DNA from: Planctomycetales bacterium | Lineage (GTDB): Bacteria; 4484-113; JAFGCY01 | DNA: 32,000 nucleotides | Reading direction: 5' to 3' | Assembly (NCBI GenBank): GCA_022646745.1 | Contig: CP060262.1 | Coordinates: 630,001 to 662,000, forward strand | Notes under the pieces: generated by a model | Database searches by the model: none | What the model saw: the letters and a program-made list of their open reading frames with translations, nothing else | What the model was told of the DNA's origin: nothing | In this document: piece by piece, positions 30,090 through 32,000 of the stretch | Numbering within the stretch: position 1 is the first letter of the stretch | Layout: the number at the start of each line of letters is the position of its first letter | Program-made: the position numbers and the translations under genes

Positions 30090-31112
30090 ATGAACAGGTA
30101 CAGACTGGCAATCCTCGCGATGGTGACCATGCTCATGCTGCTTGGCAGCACGGCGTTGCCGGTGCGTGCGCAGAACCAGGATGACCCACCGCCCCAGCAT
30201 CAGGACGATCCGCCGAAGCCGGATGAGGATCCGCAGCAGGACGACAGCGGCATCGGCCAGCTGGAGGAAGAGCCTCCGGAGACGGAGGAGGACCGCAAGA
30301 TCAAGCCGCGCCTGCGCCCCTCCACCGATGAGGAGGAGCGCGCCTTCAAGCGCCAGGCAACCCGTAATGACCCCTTCCTCAACCCGCTGCTGCCACTCGA
30401 GTACGAGCGGATTGACAACAGCGGCTACAACCCGCGTGACAGCGTGCTGCCGCAGGGCTTCCAGGACCTCTCGCGCTTCATCGTGCAGGAACCGGCCGGC
30501 GGTGTGCTCGGCTTCCTCTCGATCCACTGCTCAGTGGAGGACCAGCCGCTGGCCGGCCAGGTGCTAAACGTCGTCAGGCTGTATGAGTTCGAGCCCCAGC
30601 AGCGCATCGAGCTGCAGGTGCAACTCAGCACGATGCGCCCGATCCTCACCCAGCTGATCCCGCTCGGTGAGCGGCGCAGCCAGCAGGCGATGGACCTCGG
30701 ACTGGAGGAGGCGCTGCGCGCGGAATACCTGTTCGACCGGGTCACGATCCGCCAGAATGTCGGTGGCATCACCGGCGTGGAGCGCAAGCGCATGCTGCCC
30801 TTCTCCTTCGACATCAACCAGCTGGACAGCCTTGTGCGCAGCCTTGATTATGACAACGCTGACTGGCCACTGGTGGCGGTCGTGTTCGACCCGGACAGCC
30901 GCGAGAACATCCCGATCTCCATCGAGCAGCCCCGGCGCACGAGCATCAAGAGCGCGGAGCTGAGCGATTACGGCTGCTGGGAAATGGTGATGCATGTCGG
31001 CAACGAGAACTGGCAGTGGTGGGTCGAGCGCCTTGAGCCGCACCGCATCATCAAGTGGACCGACGGCCAGCAGCGCAGCCATACACTGCTGAGCTACACC
31101 ACCGGCTACTGA
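30090..31112 (+). CDS. Secreted hypothetical protein with acidic Pro-rich N-terminal region
   Basis: MNRYRLAILAMVTMLMLLGSTALPVRA signal peptide, then QNQDDPPPQHQDDPPKPDEDPQQDD... The C-terminal roughly 230 aa look globular. I have only a tentative impression of DUF3108-like character, unverified. It starts 5 nt after the preceding stop. Confidence 0.7.
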   Translation: MNRYRLAILAMVTMLMLLGSTALPVRAQNQDDPPPQHQDDPPKPDEDPQQDDSGIGQLEEEPPETEEDRKIKPRLRPSTDEEERAFKRQATRNDPFLNPLLPLEYERIDNSGYNPRDSVLPQGFQDLSRFIVQEPAGGVLGFLSIHCSVEDQPLAGQVLNVVRLYEFEPQQRIELQVQLSTMRPILTQLIPLGERRSQQAMDLGLEEALRAEYLFDRVTIRQNVGGITGVERKRMLPFSFDINQLDSLVRSLDYDNADWPLVAVVFDPDSRENIPISIEQPRRTSIKSAELSDYGCWEMVMHVGNENWQWWVERLEPHRIIKWTDGQQRSHTLLSYTTGY

Positions 31113-31138
31113 GCCCGGCAGGGCGGCAATTCACTATT

Positions 31139-31160
31139 ACAGACAATAATGGTCTGTTTT
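31139..31160 (+). terminator. Weak rho-independent terminator candidate
   Basis: ACAGAC-aataatg-GTCTGT followed by TTTTA, about 27 nt after the stop at 31112. The stem is short and AT-containing. Confidence 0.35.
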
Positions 31161-31240
31161 ATCCATATTTAACAAACAGGAAGCAATTCCGGCCTCCCAC
31201 AGGTGGTACTAAATGGTGTAACCCCTTGCAGGAGAAGGCC

Positions 31241-32000
31241 ATGCTGTCACGTCTGGCAATCCTTGTCCCTCTCATGCTCCTGTGCGCCTGTGCAGGAAAC
31301 TCCCGCACACCCGACCGGGAACGTGCCATTCCATCATCCTCTCAGCAGCTCAGCCGCGAAGTTCCCGCATTCCCGGAAACGGGTCCCATTGCGGAGGAAC
31401 TGTCAACGCAGATCGCGACGACCGCCGTACCCGACGGTATTGACGACGAACTCTGGCAACAGCTCTGTGCCGCCCTGCAGGATGCCGTGGCCGACAGGCC
31501 TGCTCCGCCGGCAAGCCCCGGGCCGGCCCTGTTTGCTCTTGATAGCCGCAGCGCATCATTCACTCCCTACGGAACGCAGAACATGGTGCGCGACCTGCGA
31601 CTGAGTGGCAGCGGCCCCTGGCGGCTGAGCTGGACCTACCGCAACAGCGGCGACTACGACCTGAATGGATCCGTCACCATCAGCGACCTGACCCCGGTTG
31701 GCAAGCACTTCGGCAGGCGGCAGTCCGACCCGCTGTGGTTCGCGGCGATGCATGCTGACGGCGACGGAAATGGCGAGGTCAACATCTCCGACGTGACCGT
31801 GATCGGCCAGAACTTCGGCGGCAGCATCACAGGCTATGCGGTTTACGGCACGGACGACATGTCTGGCGAGTGGACACACCTGGGCAACGCCACCGTGGCG
31901 ACAAACCTGCACAAGAACAGCGACAGGCTGCGCTTCGTGATCAGGCTGGACAGCCTGGAGTTCAACAGTTACGCACTCTGGCCATATGACAACAGCGACG
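31241..32000 (+). CDS. Lipoprotein with dockerin-like double Ca-loop module, 3' end cut by the window edge
   Basis: This ORF is absent from the ORF track because it has no stop in the window. My translation: MLSRLAILVPLMLLCACAGNSRTPDRE...WTYRNSGDYDLNGSVTISDLTPVGKHFG...DGDGNGEVNISDVTVIGQNFGGSITGYAVYGT... GGAGAAGG lies upstream of the ATG. The dockerin-like module is at 31649-31816. Confidence 0.75.
   Translation, partial: MLSRLAILVPLMLLCACAGNSRTPDRERAIPSSSQQLSREVPAFPETGPIAEELSTQIATTAVPDGIDDELWQQLCAALQDAVADRPAPPASPGPALFALDSRSASFTPYGTQNMVRDLRLSGSGPWRLSWTYRNSGDYDLNGSVTISDLTPVGKHFGRRQSDPLWFAAMHADGDGNGEVNISDVTVIGQNFGGSITGYAVYGTDDMSGEWTHLGNATVATNLHKNSDRLRFVIRLDSLEFNSYALWPYDNSD

Noticed and set aside
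1-32000. A search by eye for CRISPR arrays, tRNA/rRNA genes, transposase, integrase or recombinase genes, toxin-antitoxin pairs and prophage genes
   Set aside because: I found no regularly spaced direct repeats with spacers, no T-loop/acceptor-like tRNA structures in the intergenic gaps, and no ORF with DDE, tyrosine-recombinase or serine-recombinase motifs. Absence by eye is not proof, so tRNAscan, Infernal and ISfinder runs would be needed.

Overview
This is a GC-rich bacterial chromosomal window, by gene content probably a PVC-like or other uncultured lineage, though I cannot place it from sequence alone. I found no rRNA, tRNA, CRISPR array, transposase or integrase by eye.

Contents from left to right:
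1. **Pseudopilin operon (1-8926, minus strand).** Seven prepilin-type genes in the order GspH-like, GspI-like, three tandem GspG-like paralogues, GspJ-like, GspK-like. All are 2-3x larger than canonical pseudopilins. No ATPase, platform or secretin gene lies in the window.
2. **Housekeeping pair (plus strand).** hpt and a PaiB-family gene.
3. **ArsR-led operon (10298-15224, minus strand).** Six genes: an ArsR-type regulator, three SRPBCC/Aha1-like proteins (5 domains in total) and two tandem-VOC proteins of the Rv0577 type. The last VOC protein has a signal peptide and is methionine-rich.
4. **AT-rich divergent control region** with two inverted repeats.
5. **Window centre.** An unknown 3-TM membrane protein, a 73-aa single-pass protein, and a 942-aa STAND/AAA16-like NTPase with TPR-like repeats and no recognisable effector domain.
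6. **uvrC**, convergent with the NTPase and overlapping it by 4 nt.
7. **Right third.** Exported, lipoprotein and membrane proteins of unknown function. Two of the lipoproteins share a dockerin-like double Ca-loop module.

The candidates I rank highest for something new are the effector-less STAND NTPase with its membrane-protein neighbours, the oversized pseudopilin operon, and the iterated SRPBCC/VOC operon. Recurrent non-coding signals are also reported:
- an extended -10-like motif a few nt upstream of ATG codons that lack a Shine-Dalgarno (SD) sequence;
- CACAGAGA-type inverted repeats flanking a small gene;
- CTAG-overlapping convergent stop codons.

All functional calls rest on motif recognition in the translations. 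No database search was run.
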